A DNA stretch of 64,000 bases, from contig CAZULS010000002.1 in assembly GCA_964621395.1 (NCBI GenBank), forward strand, positions 170,252 to 234,251. The letters are read 5' to 3'. Position 1 is the stretch's first letter, and each line of letters starts with the position of its first letter. Of the stretch, positions 47,622 to 57,937 are shown piece by piece. A program made the translations under genes and the position numbers. The DNA is from an uncultured Candidatus Saccharibacteria bacterium (GTDB lineage: Bacteria > Patescibacteriota > Minisyncoccia > Phycocordibacterales > JACNGX01). The notes below the pieces were generated by a model. That model made no database searches. It worked only from the letters and a program-made list of their open reading frames with translations, and was not told the origin of the DNA.

Positions 47622-48110
47622 AGTAAAGAAACAAACCTCCTTCTTCTGCACCTGTTTGCGCCGAAGGAAAAACAGGGTGAAAGTGTCAATCAATATGATG
47701 GGCTTCCATCCGCTTCTGCGGTATTTCTCCCCGCGTCCGAGAATGTGGGCGAAATACTTGAAGACGCATCGGTGTGGGAAATTCAGACATGTCTCGCGGG
47801 AGACCGCGGTCTCGGCATGTTTTGCAACGACGTGTCCGCGTACGCCCATCACCGCATGCACGTTGCCGGCAAAGTTGCACCGCACAAAAAACGTATCCTC
47901 CTCGGCGCGCCGGACAACAAGCGCGGATGGATGGTACTCTACACGGCGGAAGAGCCGGTGCCCCAGACCGTTGCGTACCTCAACCAGCTGGTCATGGTAT
48001 GGGGATGCAACAGCGGAAAGATGTATCTCAAAACACTCGTTCCCCGGCAGGAATTTGATGGCGGACTGTTCACGCCCGCCATACCGTTCCTCAAAGTTCC
48101 TTCTTTGTGA
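47622..48110 (+). CDS. hypothetical protein
   Basis: 162 aa. It has its own TTGACA box (47544) and a terminator hairpin (48118-48150). No family recognised. Confidence 0.45.
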   Translation, partial: SKETNLLLLHLFAPKEKQGESVNQYDGLPSASAVFLPASENVGEILEDASVWEIQTCLAGDRGLGMFCNDVSAYAHHRMHVAGKVAPHKKRILLGAPDNKRGWMVLYTAEEPVPQTVAYLNQLVMVWGCNSGKMYLKTLVPRQEFDGGLFTPAIPFLKVPSL

Positions 48111-48210
48111 CAAGTTCCCCTCCCGATCATCCGACTATCGGGAGGTTTTTTCTTGACAACCGCTCCCACTTCGTGCATGATTGGCGCAGAACATACAACA
48201 ACAATCAAAT

Positions 48211-48732
48211 ATGGAGTCTCTTATGGAACACGAACGCATCGTACGCTCCGGTGCCGGTCATGTCATGCTTTTGCATAAGCCATCCGACATGGAGATATGT
48301 TTTAACTTTATCTTCACTCTTTCCAAAGAAATGAGTGAAGAAAACGCCCGAGGTCTGTTCCGGTATTTTTCACCACACGCGATGATCGAAGAAGGGCAGG
48401 CGGTATTTTTCGGATTACAGGAAGAATATGTGCCGGATGTAATGGTGCCCCGCGTATTTTCCCCCGAACCTATCCCTTCTCGCCTCATTATTCAGACAAT
48501 GGACGCTTTGGGAGGAGAAACGGAACACCTTTTCACTTTCAAGGAAGACGGCGAAAAAGATATTGCTGCAACATTTGTAGAGCACGCAAATTTTCTCAAT
48601 ATGGGCGAAATCCCACAGCACAGTATTTCTTCCCTTTTCGGGAATACAAATATACTGGGTGTGTGGAAACCGACACCAAGGTTTATCTCCCTTGTAGAGA
48701 TAAAAATTATTGGTGTTGCAGAAGAAAAATAA
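48211..48732 (+). CDS. hypothetical protein
   Basis: 173 aa. A TTGACA box at 48154. No family recognised. Confidence 0.45.
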   Translation: MESLMEHERIVRSGAGHVMLLHKPSDMEICFNFIFTLSKEMSEENARGLFRYFSPHAMIEEGQAVFFGLQEEYVPDVMVPRVFSPEPIPSRLIIQTMDALGGETEHLFTFKEDGEKDIAATFVEHANFLNMGEIPQHSISSLFGNTNILGVWKPTPRFISLVEIKIIGVAEEK

Positions 48733-48833
48733 CGAGCGGCCCCGAACACGGGCCGTTTTTACTTGCGTAATTTTTGCATGTATGGTATTGTGTAAGCCGT
48801 TTTGTTTTTTGCAACCGCCAAAAGAATACAACT

Positions 48834-49364
48834 ATGAGTACAAGTCAGAGAGAGCCGGAGAAAATCTTTAACATCAAATTTTCCTCAATATCCATGAGGG
48901 ATCTTCGGAGGGAAGCTGAAAAATATGCAGAAGAAGTAGCAGAAAAAGTAGACGAGAAAGTCCCTATACCAGATAAATTGAAAGATATTATTGTCGTGGG
49001 GACAACCGCTCTCCCTCATTTTGACAGAGAAAAAGAAGACGAGAGAAGTATGCAGAAGATTCTCAGAAGAAACCTCAGGGCGTATTTTTCTGCTCTCAAT
49101 TTGTCAATGAATGGCGCTGGGATACTTTTCTTTGAAGAGAAGCATAATCACGATACTCTTGAACAATCAAAAGGGTTCTTTACTGCGTACGCTTCCGCAG
49201 GTGACCATGTGGTCATCTGGGCAGATCTTTTCAAACGATTTGATGCCAGGGTTTATCATGTTCGCCTTGGCCTTGCCTGGAAACCGGTTATGGAAGCCTG
49301 GAAGCTATCAGCGGAAGGTTTACTTGCAGAAGAAAGAGAAAGAGTCGTAAAAGATTTGGTGTAG
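48834..49364 (+). CDS. hypothetical protein
   Basis: 176 aa. The N-terminal half is charged and helical. No family recognised. Confidence 0.45.
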   Translation: MSTSQREPEKIFNIKFSSISMRDLRREAEKYAEEVAEKVDEKVPIPDKLKDIIVVGTTALPHFDREKEDERSMQKILRRNLRAYFSALNLSMNGAGILFFEEKHNHDTLEQSKGFFTAYASAGDHVVIWADLFKRFDARVYHVRLGLAWKPVMEAWKLSAEGLLAEERERVVKDLV

Positions 49365-49453
49365 GGAGATTGGTTACCTCTCTGCATCTTGCAGCGCGGT
49401 CCGTCAGTACCTTGTGGTACGGGGCCGCTTTTTTATGCATAAAGCACGAAGTA

Positions 49454-49481
49454 TTGACAAAAGTATGCTTTTGTGTATAAT
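49454..49481 (+). promoter_or_regulatory. consensus sigma-70-type promoter TTGACA-16nt-TATAAT
   Basis: ttgacaaaagtatgcttttgtgtataat read directly, about 55 nt upstream of ATG 49536. Confidence 0.5.
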
Positions 49482-49535
49482 ACTATTCAGAGTTTTTAGA
49501 CACAATTTTCGCAAAACCTTATCCAAGGGGGACTT

Positions 49536-49751
49536 ATGCGGATGGGAAAAATCACAGTCGTTGCCGCTCTTCTTGTGGCAGCATTCTTTGTCTCTTTCAG
49601 GGCTGGTGTCGTCATACATCAGCTCCCGATTGAGTGGGGTGTACAGCCGGGAGACTGGCTCATGATCACTCCAATCGCTTTTATGGGGGTGGTTATGCTC
49701 TTTGTAGCATACCATCTCATCGCAAAAGCGATAAAAATAATCGGCAATTAG
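49536..49751 (+). CDS. small hypothetical membrane protein (71 aa, 2 TM)
   Basis: MRMGKITVVAALLVAAFFVSF ... ITPIAFMGVVMLFVAYHLIA. Driven by the consensus promoter above. Confidence 0.5.
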   Translation: MRMGKITVVAALLVAAFFVSFRAGVVIHQLPIEWGVQPGDWLMITPIAFMGVVMLFVAYHLIAKAIKIIGN

Positions 49752-50052
49752 CCGAGAACACCGGAGCGTACAGCAGTATTGTACGACTCCGGTTTGTTGT
49801 TTCCGCGGCCGAGCATCCTTATACCAAGGTTCAACCTTGGTATAAGGATGCTATTATGATTATAGCCTTATATTACAATGGTTTTATACTTACCTATACC
49901 AAGGTTGAACCTTGGTATAGATACTTGTGTCAAGAGAAAGCGCGGCGTATGCCGCGCTTTCTATTTCTATCTCCTATAGCTTTTATCGTTAATAGTTCAG
50001 CGTTTTACTGTGGCCGAGCATGCTCGCCATGCTTTAGGCCCGTTCACCAAGA

Positions 50053-50229
50053 TTATTTCTTCCAATCTTCGATGATGAGCCTAGTTCCCTCCTGGCGGAC
50101 GGTGACCTTCTGTTTTTCTCGCCATTTGAGATTACGGACCATTTCTATCGGAAGTGTGACAGCAATACTTCCATTTCCTATTTTTAATAATTTGCGCGTA
50201 TTTCGTTCTCCGAGAGTTTTACGTGGCAT
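50053..50229 (-). CDS. AbrB/MazE/SpoVT-family DNA-binding protein (58 aa)
   Basis: MPRKTLGERNTRKLLKIGNGSIAVTLPIEMVRNLKWREKQKVTVRQEGTRLIIE is the swapped-hairpin beta-barrel signature (KIGNGSIAVTLP). An AT-rich multi-palindrome lies immediately upstream (50231-50285). Confidence 0.6.
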   Translation of the reverse strand: MPRKTLGERNTRKLLKIGNGSIAVTLPIEMVRNLKWREKQKVTVRQEGTRLIIEDWKK

Positions 50230-50422
50230 ATACGTGAGAAAATTAATTAATAAATTATATAATTTATTATATAATAAATTAATTAATTTTTTTATCCACA
50301 CATAATACTTTTCTTCTTTTTTATCATTTCAACCTCTCCGAGTCGGAATAGTGCGGGATGACAAGATGGGTAGTACACAAAAACACCCCCTTTAGGGGTG
50401 TTTTTGTGACTAATGGTCAGTG

Positions 50423-50460
50423 TGGACCCGACTGGGTTCGAACCAGCGACCTCCTGATTG
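50423..50460 (-). pseudogene. tRNA-Ala 3'-half fragment (anticodon-loop position 36 to discriminator)
   Basis: 38 nt identical to the 3' half of the intact tRNA-Ala at 50526-50599. Identity ends exactly at the anticodon loop (..cctgattg|). Confidence 0.7.
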
Positions 50461-50525
50461 TACCGAAAAGCAAGAAGTGGAACGGCTATGCTTTTCATAT
50501 CCCGTAAAAATGATAATGGTCAGTG

Positions 50526-50599
50526 TGGACCCGACTGGGTTCGAACCAGCGACCTCCTGATTGCAAAACAGGTGCTCTAGCCAACTGAGCTACGGGCCC
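50526..50599 (-). tRNA. tRNA-Ala (anticodon UGC)
   Basis: A manual cloverleaf folds with acceptor GGGCCCG/CGGGUCC, the G3:U70 Ala identity pair, a D-arm GCUC-AGUUGGCUA-GAGC, anticodon loop UUUGCAA, T-arm GCUGG-UUCGAAC-CCAGU and discriminator A. CCA is not encoded. Confidence 0.85.
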
Positions 50600-50688
50600 A
50601 CACTACTCACTATAAGGATATGGTACGGACAAAAGGACTTACTCGGGATCTCGAAAAATATATTCGCTTTGCTCATTATTTTTCGGGA

Positions 50689-50724
50689 CAAAACAGGTGC
50701 TCTAGCCAACTGAGCTACAGGCCC
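50689..50724 (-). pseudogene. tRNA-Ala 5'-half fragment (position 1 to anticodon position 35), 1 mismatch
   Basis: 36 nt matching the 5' half of the intact tRNA (gggcctgtagctcagttggctagagcacctgttttg). It ends at the same anticodon-loop junction as the 3'-half fragment. Confidence 0.7.
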
Positions 50725-51294
50725 AAGTGAGGAATATTATATAGAACACACCAAAAAAAGCAAGGGATTTTGGGTGTTAATTGAATAAAAAACCACCTCA
50801 ATCATAGAGGTGGTATGGAAATCGGGAACAAATTTTCGCACGAACGGCGACATTCCCTCACGGATACGTATTTTTTCTTCTCCATTCTCGTTCTTTCTCT
50901 GCGTATTGCTTCCTGTTCCTCGGCCATCGCCTTTGCTTTTTTATACTGACGACAAAGAGTAAATGGGAACAAATGTAATCCATCATCCTCGAAAAGCCCA
51001 ATGCCTTTTTCAGCATACTTCATAAAGGAATTATGGGCATATTTCTCTGCTGCTTTCAAAAAATGCAGGTACATATTACCCGTTGATAGAAAAGAAAAAA
51101 CCGGTTCGGGGGAAAGAATGACGCGCTTCAGTAAGAACAACGATATCCTCTTCGCACCCTTTTCCGCGCATCGACAAGAAAGAGAAAAAAGGATATGGCG
51201 TTTGTATGCTCTGTATATTTCTCTCAAACCGAAAGAAATAAGAGAGCATGTGGTCAAAAAAGATTGTCTGTTCATAGCACACTCCTTTTTGTTT

Positions 51295-51729
51295 TTAAGC
51301 AAAACCGAATATTTGTCTTTCGAAAGTCTGAACAAACTTCTCATTGACAACCGCTTTACGCAGAAGCGCAATAAGAATTTCGTTCAAGGTTTCCGAAGCA
51401 CACGAAAAGTCCGACAAGGACCCTTCTGCCACCCCTTCCACTCGCTCACGCAATTCTAGAAAAGCTTCAACGCTTTTCCCGACACACGGACCTTTTTTCA
51501 ACTCTGCAAGAAGCGAGCTGAAGAAGAGATCTCCGTGATTGATGAGAATTAACCCATTCTTTCTTTGCAGTATGTCAATCCATGTCATCCCTTCAAGCAG
51601 TTCTACAAACCGCTTCTCGTCGGCGGGGGTCATTGCGGTTTTTGAAGGCGTGGCGACACTTTTTCTTCCTTGGTCGTCTCTCAGCAGTGTTTTTTTGCTC
51701 ATTTCCCAAAATTCTTTTGAAGTTACCAA
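51295..51729 (-). CDS. hypothetical protein
   Basis: 144 aa. The translation is protein-like, and there is a divergent promoter region at 51730-51810. No family recognised. Confidence 0.4.
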   Translation of the reverse strand: MVTSKEFWEMSKKTLLRDDQGRKSVATPSKTAMTPADEKRFVELLEGMTWIDILQRKNGLILINHGDLFFSSLLAELKKGPCVGKSVEAFLELRERVEGVAEGSLSDFSCASETLNEILIALLRKAVVNEKFVQTFERQIFGFA

Positions 51730-51816
51730 AAATTCCAGATTTCACCATACCATACACTCATTTTGTTTGTCAAATGCTTGTGTTGAAAAGATGTGTATGG
51801 GATGTATAATGATTGT

Positions 51817-52290
51817 ATGAGTAACCGCTATGAAATGCCAAACGAGGTAGAAGTAATGGTGCCTGAAAAGGCCATTCATAAAGTGGCACAGATTTATACT
51901 GAGCATCTCATGCAGCCAGGTAACGCTGAAGCACTTATTTCCGAGGCGCTTGAGCGTATTGGACGTAAAGAGAAGAACACTATTAATGCCAATGAGGTTC
52001 GCATTGCGGCACTGGAACGTGTTGCTGAAGATAACGGCGGTGTATTACCTGAAGGTTCACTGCGTGATTTGTATAAAGAAAAAGTTATTGAAGAAATTAC
52101 GGAGATAATGTGTGCTGAGCCGTACGATCCCACTGATCCTGAGAGAGTTGTAGAGTATTACAACAAGCCACAACAGCTTCTTATTGCACATGAGCCATTT
52201 CGGGTAATGTTTTCCGGTGAGATAAATAAGATTACGAAGGATATTTTAGGAGATGAACGTCTTGCGTTCAACATTGCTGAGACGGGATAA
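51817..52290 (+). CDS. hypothetical protein (alternative start ATG 51856 with GAGGT RBS)
   Basis: A TTGAAA-16-TATAAT promoter at 51783-51810 sits inside the ORF-track start (51793), so the true start must be downstream. No family recognised. Confidence 0.45.
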   Translation: MSNRYEMPNEVEVMVPEKAIHKVAQIYTEHLMQPGNAEALISEALERIGRKEKNTINANEVRIAALERVAEDNGGVLPEGSLRDLYKEKVIEEITEIMCAEPYDPTDPERVVEYYNKPQQLLIAHEPFRVMFSGEINKITKDILGDERLAFNIAETG

Positions 52291-52314
52291 CTAACGGTTC
52301 TAGATTCCGAAGCT

Positions 52315-52384
52315 GGATCCTGAATCACCAAGTACCATTTTCACTAAAGCGAAAAAAGTGCTCGGCACGAGTTCAGGATGACGA
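52315..52384. repeat. family-5 nested palindrome, copy 3
   Basis: ggatcctgaatcaccaagtaccattttcactaaagcgaaaaaagtgctcggcacgagttcaggatgacg. Confidence 0.65.
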
Positions 52385-52434
52385 TGTTTTGTTTTTAGAC
52401 AAAAAACTGACCTTCGCGGTCAGTTTTAGAGTGT

Positions 52435-52869
52435 CTATGTAAGCGGTTTGATGTCGAATTCGTCTGTACTTCCCTCTTTGAGATATGCGAAATAGAGGAG
52501 TACTTCGACACCGGGAAATGTTTCTTCGACGATTTTCTTTGCCTCCTCAAGGTCTTTGGTGTGCTGAGTAAGTTCTCGTTCTCTAGCTTCGAAATCCATT
52601 GCTTCATAAGCGCCGCAGTCTTCATGATTCAGCAGAATGATTTTTGTGACAGAATGTTTTTTCACCGATACGGTGAGGTCGCGAATCACTGCATCTTTAA
52701 ATCCTTCACTCTGCGGGCGGACGAGATCCTGGATTGCCCCACCGCGAGTGATGAGGTCGCATTCACCGCCGAGCTCTTTAATAAAATCTGCGACATAATT
52801 GCGTCCATCTCCTCTTTGATGAAGGCGGAAGTCTTCACAGGTAATAAGTGCGTGTGTGCAAGTGTGCAT
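52435..52869 (-). CDS. beta-carbonic-anhydrase-like protein (short)
   Basis: The Zn-ligand-like motifs CEDFR (Cx[DE]xR) and HEDCGA (HxxCG) have the spacing of beta-class carbonic anhydrases. At 144 aa it is shorter than typical beta-CAs. Confidence 0.4.
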   Translation of the reverse strand: MHTCTHALITCEDFRLHQRGDGRNYVADFIKELGGECDLITRGGAIQDLVRPQSEGFKDAVIRDLTVSVKKHSVTKIILLNHEDCGAYEAMDFEARERELTQHTKDLEEAKKIVEETFPGVEVLLYFAYLKEGSTDEFDIKPLT

Positions 52870-52897
52870 ATGGAAATAGTGAATGAATAAAATTATA

Positions 52898-53083
52898 AGA
52901 GCCTGTTCGTAATCTCATGTCGTGCGTGATATGCCCATATACCGAGCGAAAATCGTGAAAAACGTTGATGGAGTACTGCCGTACTTCGAGACGTTTTGAG
53001 CGATTTGCAGCCGGTATATGGGCATATCAGCCGACAAGGACAATTTTATTCATTCAATTCCGTTGAGATTGTGAACAGGCTCT
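52898..53083. mobile_element. MITE-like foldback element, family A copy 3
   Basis: 186 bp. TIRs agagcctgttcgtaatctca / tgagattgtgaacaggctct. The internal 17-bp arms gatatgcccatataccg / cggtatatgggcatatc pair perfectly. It ends 3 nt before the atpC stop codon. Confidence 0.7.
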
Positions 53084-53086
53084 AAG

Positions 53087-53527
53087 TTATGACTTATCGG
53101 AACGAATTCTTCCTCCAATATTTCGCCAGCGTCTCATTGCCTTTGTGCGCGCAAGTTCACGCTGAAGGCGTGCTGACGCTGTCGTGAATTGATTCACATC
53201 AACACGGCGACTCTCTTCCATCACTCTTTGTGCCTCTTCTTTTGCTCTCTCCAGGCGTTCTTCGTCGATTTCTTCTGCTCGTTCGGCCGTGTCTGCCAAA
53301 ATAACCGTCTTCTCATGCATCACTTCCACAAAACCACCGGACACCGCCATCACATCACGAGTGCCGTCTTCTTTTTGTGTTTCGATAACACCCGGAGAAA
53401 GTGCTGTCACCATCGGCACATGGCCGGTAAGCACAGTCAACTCCCCTGCCAACGTGGGCAAGGTTAGCGAGGTAACCGTCTCTTTGGAGACAACGCGCTC
53501 AGGTGTAACAATTTCGAATGTAAACAT
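53087..53527 (-). CDS. atpC: F1 ATP synthase epsilon subunit
   Basis: MFTFEIVTPERVVSKETVTSLTLPTLAGELTVLTGHVPMVTAL is a canonical epsilon N-domain. The start is at the conserved M (the ORF track extends to 53611). Confidence 0.85.
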   Translation of the reverse strand: MFTFEIVTPERVVSKETVTSLTLPTLAGELTVLTGHVPMVTALSPGVIETQKEDGTRDVMAVSGGFVEVMHEKTVILADTAERAEEIDEERLERAKEEAQRVMEESRRVDVNQFTTASARLQRELARTKAMRRWRNIGGRIRSDKS

Positions 53528-53693
53528 AGTAATTATTTTTAGGGTTTTCTTGGGGAGACCGAGCACCACATTGATGTGTTTAGAAATATATATATTCAGC
53601 TCAGTAATCATACTACTGAGGAGATTATAAACTCATAATAATCATAGATGTGGTGCTCGGTGACAGAAGAGTGTGTGATGACAAAAAGAATAT

Positions 53694-55103
<1,410 letters not shown>

Positions 55104-55212
55104 TTAAAAATTAAACATCGAATTACGAATATGTACAAATATACAAATTACAAATGGGTATATCAATGGGAAAGACACGGCTATATTTGTAATTTGTATA
55201 TTTGTAATTCGT

Positions 55213-56205
55213 TTACTCAGCTAAAGCATTTGCGCCGGCTGCGATTTCGCTGATTTCGGCGGTAATCGTCGCCTGACGCTCTTTATTATAAAAGAGGGTC
55301 AATTCCTCCACCATTTCTCCCGCGGCCTCCGTTGCGGCATGCATGGCATTCATACGTGCAGAGTGTTCGGACGCATTTGATTCGAGGAGTGCCTGGTACA
55401 GCTGAATATCGATAAGGCGCGGGATGAGATTACCCAGTACTTCAGTAGCGGACGGTTCGAAGAGATACGCAATCGGTGAAAACGGCACCTCCCCTTCCTT
55501 CTTGCAGTGTCTTTGACGTTTTTCTTCAATAAAGGCACGTCGTGTTTCGAGCTTTCCTCCTCTTCCTGCAATACCGAGATATTCATCTTCGGTGCAAATA
55601 TCTACCGGAAGGAGCTGCTTTACGCGTGGTGTCTGTGTGCCGACATTGATGAAATCGGTGTAGGCTACGAGCACCTTATCGTATGCTCCCGCGAGGAACC
55701 CTTCTGTTGCTGTATGCGCGATAGGGCGAATCTCTTCAAATGATGATACCGAATCTTCTTTAGGGAATGCGGCTGTAATGTCGTAGCCATAGTGTGTATA
55801 CATTTCTTTTCCCTTTTCCCCCACCACGATGAACGTGACTTCGCGCCCCTGTTCTTTCTCGTATTTCTGAATCGAATCGTGCGCTTTTTTCATCACGGAG
55901 GTGTTAAATCCGCCACAGAGTCCACGATTGGAAGCGATGAGGATAATGAGTGTTTTCTTCGCGCTGTTGCGCGGATTGGGTGTTTCAAGGAGCGGATGAG
56001 AAAGTTTTTCATCAGAACATGCGCCAATGGATTCAGCGATATTGAGAAGTGTTTCCCAAGAGAGGTTGGCGTATGTGCGGGTGGCAAGTACCGCGGAAAT
56101 CGCTCGACGCATCTTTGTGGCGGCAATCATCTCCATCGCTTTTGTAATCTTTCGAGTACTTCCGACGGATCGAATACGTGTTTTGATTGTTTTGAGATTT
56201 GCCAT
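55213..56205 (-). CDS. atpG: F1 ATP synthase gamma subunit
   Basis: MANLKTIKTRIRSVGSTRKITKAMEMIAATKMRRA is a canonical gamma N-terminus. Confidence 0.9.
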   Translation of the reverse strand: MANLKTIKTRIRSVGSTRKITKAMEMIAATKMRRAISAVLATRTYANLSWETLLNIAESIGACSDEKLSHPLLETPNPRNSAKKTLIILIASNRGLCGGFNTSVMKKAHDSIQKYEKEQGREVTFIVVGEKGKEMYTHYGYDITAAFPKEDSVSSFEEIRPIAHTATEGFLAGAYDKVLVAYTDFINVGTQTPRVKQLLPVDICTEDEYLGIAGRGGKLETRRAFIEEKRQRHCKKEGEVPFSPIAYLFEPSATEVLGNLIPRLIDIQLYQALLESNASEHSARMNAMHAATEAAGEMVEELTLFYNKERQATITAEISEIAAGANALAE

Positions 56206-56268
56206 ACGGTATTTTCGGAAAGGACGGTCCTGTCTGCAGGACGGTGAAAAGTGTAGTGTAATGTTTTT

Positions 56269-57795
56269 TTATTCTTTTTCCTTCTCGAGATAATCGAGCG
56301 TTGCGCGGTAGTCAGTGATAAGCGCTTTCAGTTTCTCTTCGAGTTCATCGTTAAATACCCCTTTTTCAGCGAGCTCGGTGAGCACCTCCTTGCCCGATGT
56401 GTCGGCATAGGCGTACAATCCTTCTTCAAAGGAGCGCACGTGCTCTACCGGCACATCATCCACAAAGCCATGCAGGAGTGCGTAAAAAACGATTACCTGC
56501 TTTTCGTCAGCAATCGGCGCATACTGACCCTGCTTGAAGACTTCTGAAAGACGTTTTCCGCGTTCCAGGCGCTGCGCTGTCTCTTCATCAACATCAGAAC
56601 CAAATTGAGCAAATGCCGCAAGTTCACGATACTGTGCCGCCTCAATACGCATCTTGCCGGCAACTTTTTTCATGACCTTTGTTTGTGCTGATGAGCCCAC
56701 ACGCGATACGGAGAGCCCGGCATTTACCGCAGGACGTACACCTTGGTGAAAGAGATCGGTTTCAAGATAGATTTGTCCGTCGGTAATGGAAATTACATTG
56801 GTCGGGATATATGCAGACACGTCGCCTGATTGGGTTTCGATAACGGGAAGTGCGGTAATTGACCCGCCACCGTAATCATTATTCAAACGACACGCGCGCT
56901 CAAGCAAACGCGAGTGGAGATAGAAGACATCTCCCGGATACGCTTCACGGCCCGGCGGGCGACGAAGAAGGAGTGAAATTTCTCGATAGGCAACAGCATG
57001 CTTGGAGAGATCATCGTAAATCACAAGCACGTCTTCACCTTTATCAAGGAAATATTCGGCAATTGCAGTGCCGGCATACGGAGCAATATATGAAAGAGAG
57101 GCCGGATCCGATGCTCCTGAGAGCACCACAGTTGTGTACTCCATTGCTCCGTGTTCTTCGAGTTTGGCGACAATGCCGGCGACTTTCGACTCTTTCTGAC
57201 CGATTGCCACATACACGCACTTCATGTTTTTACCTTTTTGATTAATGATTGTGTCGATGGCAATTGCTGTCTTTCCTGTTTGGCGATCGCCGATGATAAG
57301 CTCACGCTGACCACGACCAATGGGCACCATCGCATCAATTGCCTTCATGCCTGTTTGCATCGGCACCGACACAGATTGACGTGTAATCACACCCGGGGCC
57401 ACCTTCTCCACCGGATAAAAGGCATCACTTACAACAGCTCCCTTGCCATCAAGTGGTGTGCCAAGCGGACCAACCACCCGACCGATCATTCCCTCACCAA
57501 CAGGCACCTCAAGAATACGCCCTGTTGCTTTTACCGTGTCTCCCTCCTTCATATCGCCATATTCACCGAGAACGATAGCGCCAATCTGCCCTTCCTCAAG
57601 GTTCATCACAACGCCAAAAGCGTCGCTCTCTCCTTCACCGAATGAAAGCATTTCCGACATGCGTGCTTCAGGGAGACCACTTACGGTAACGATACCGTCG
57701 CCGATTGCAACAACCGTACCAAATGATGTGTCGGAGATATCGCGGGTGAAGCCGGCGATACGTTGTTTGAGTTCATCGATGATGATGTCTTTCAT
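56269..57795 (-). CDS. atpA: F1 ATP synthase alpha subunit
   Basis: 508 aa. P-loop GDRQTGKT. Confidence 0.95.
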   Translation of the reverse strand: MKDIIIDELKQRIAGFTRDISDTSFGTVVAIGDGIVTVSGLPEARMSEMLSFGEGESDAFGVVMNLEEGQIGAIVLGEYGDMKEGDTVKATGRILEVPVGEGMIGRVVGPLGTPLDGKGAVVSDAFYPVEKVAPGVITRQSVSVPMQTGMKAIDAMVPIGRGQRELIIGDRQTGKTAIAIDTIINQKGKNMKCVYVAIGQKESKVAGIVAKLEEHGAMEYTTVVLSGASDPASLSYIAPYAGTAIAEYFLDKGEDVLVIYDDLSKHAVAYREISLLLRRPPGREAYPGDVFYLHSRLLERACRLNNDYGGGSITALPVIETQSGDVSAYIPTNVISITDGQIYLETDLFHQGVRPAVNAGLSVSRVGSSAQTKVMKKVAGKMRIEAAQYRELAAFAQFGSDVDEETAQRLERGKRLSEVFKQGQYAPIADEKQVIVFYALLHGFVDDVPVEHVRSFEEGLYAYADTSGKEVLTELAEKGVFNDELEEKLKALITDYRATLDYLEKEKE

Positions 57796-57937
57796 GATTA
57801 GTATGTCAGTATGTTAGTAAATTAGGAGGGTAGTATGTCAGTATGAATCGCTGCTACGCAGCTCCTTTTATTGGTAAATATTTGTACCATTTGTAGATTT
57901 GTAATTATTCGTACATTCGGAGTCCTTGTAATTTGTT

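Noticed and set aside
50292-50498. 68-aa ORF
   Set aside because: Overlaps the tRNA-Ala 3'-half fragment and the AT-rich palindrome, so it is a repeat-derived open frame.
50415-50600. Possible CRISPR-like array (two near-identical 49-bp segments separated by about 60 bp)
   Set aside because: The repeated unit is the 3' half of tRNA-Ala, there are only two units, and no cas genes are present. It is interpreted as tRNA or att-site duplication.
50802-51371. 189-aa minus-strand ORF next to the tRNA
   Set aside because: The N-terminal two-thirds is R/K/S/L-rich and overlaps the 51295-51729 ORF. Only a C-terminal 73-aa portion (50802-51023) looks protein-like, and it has no supporting signals. 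It is left unannotated.
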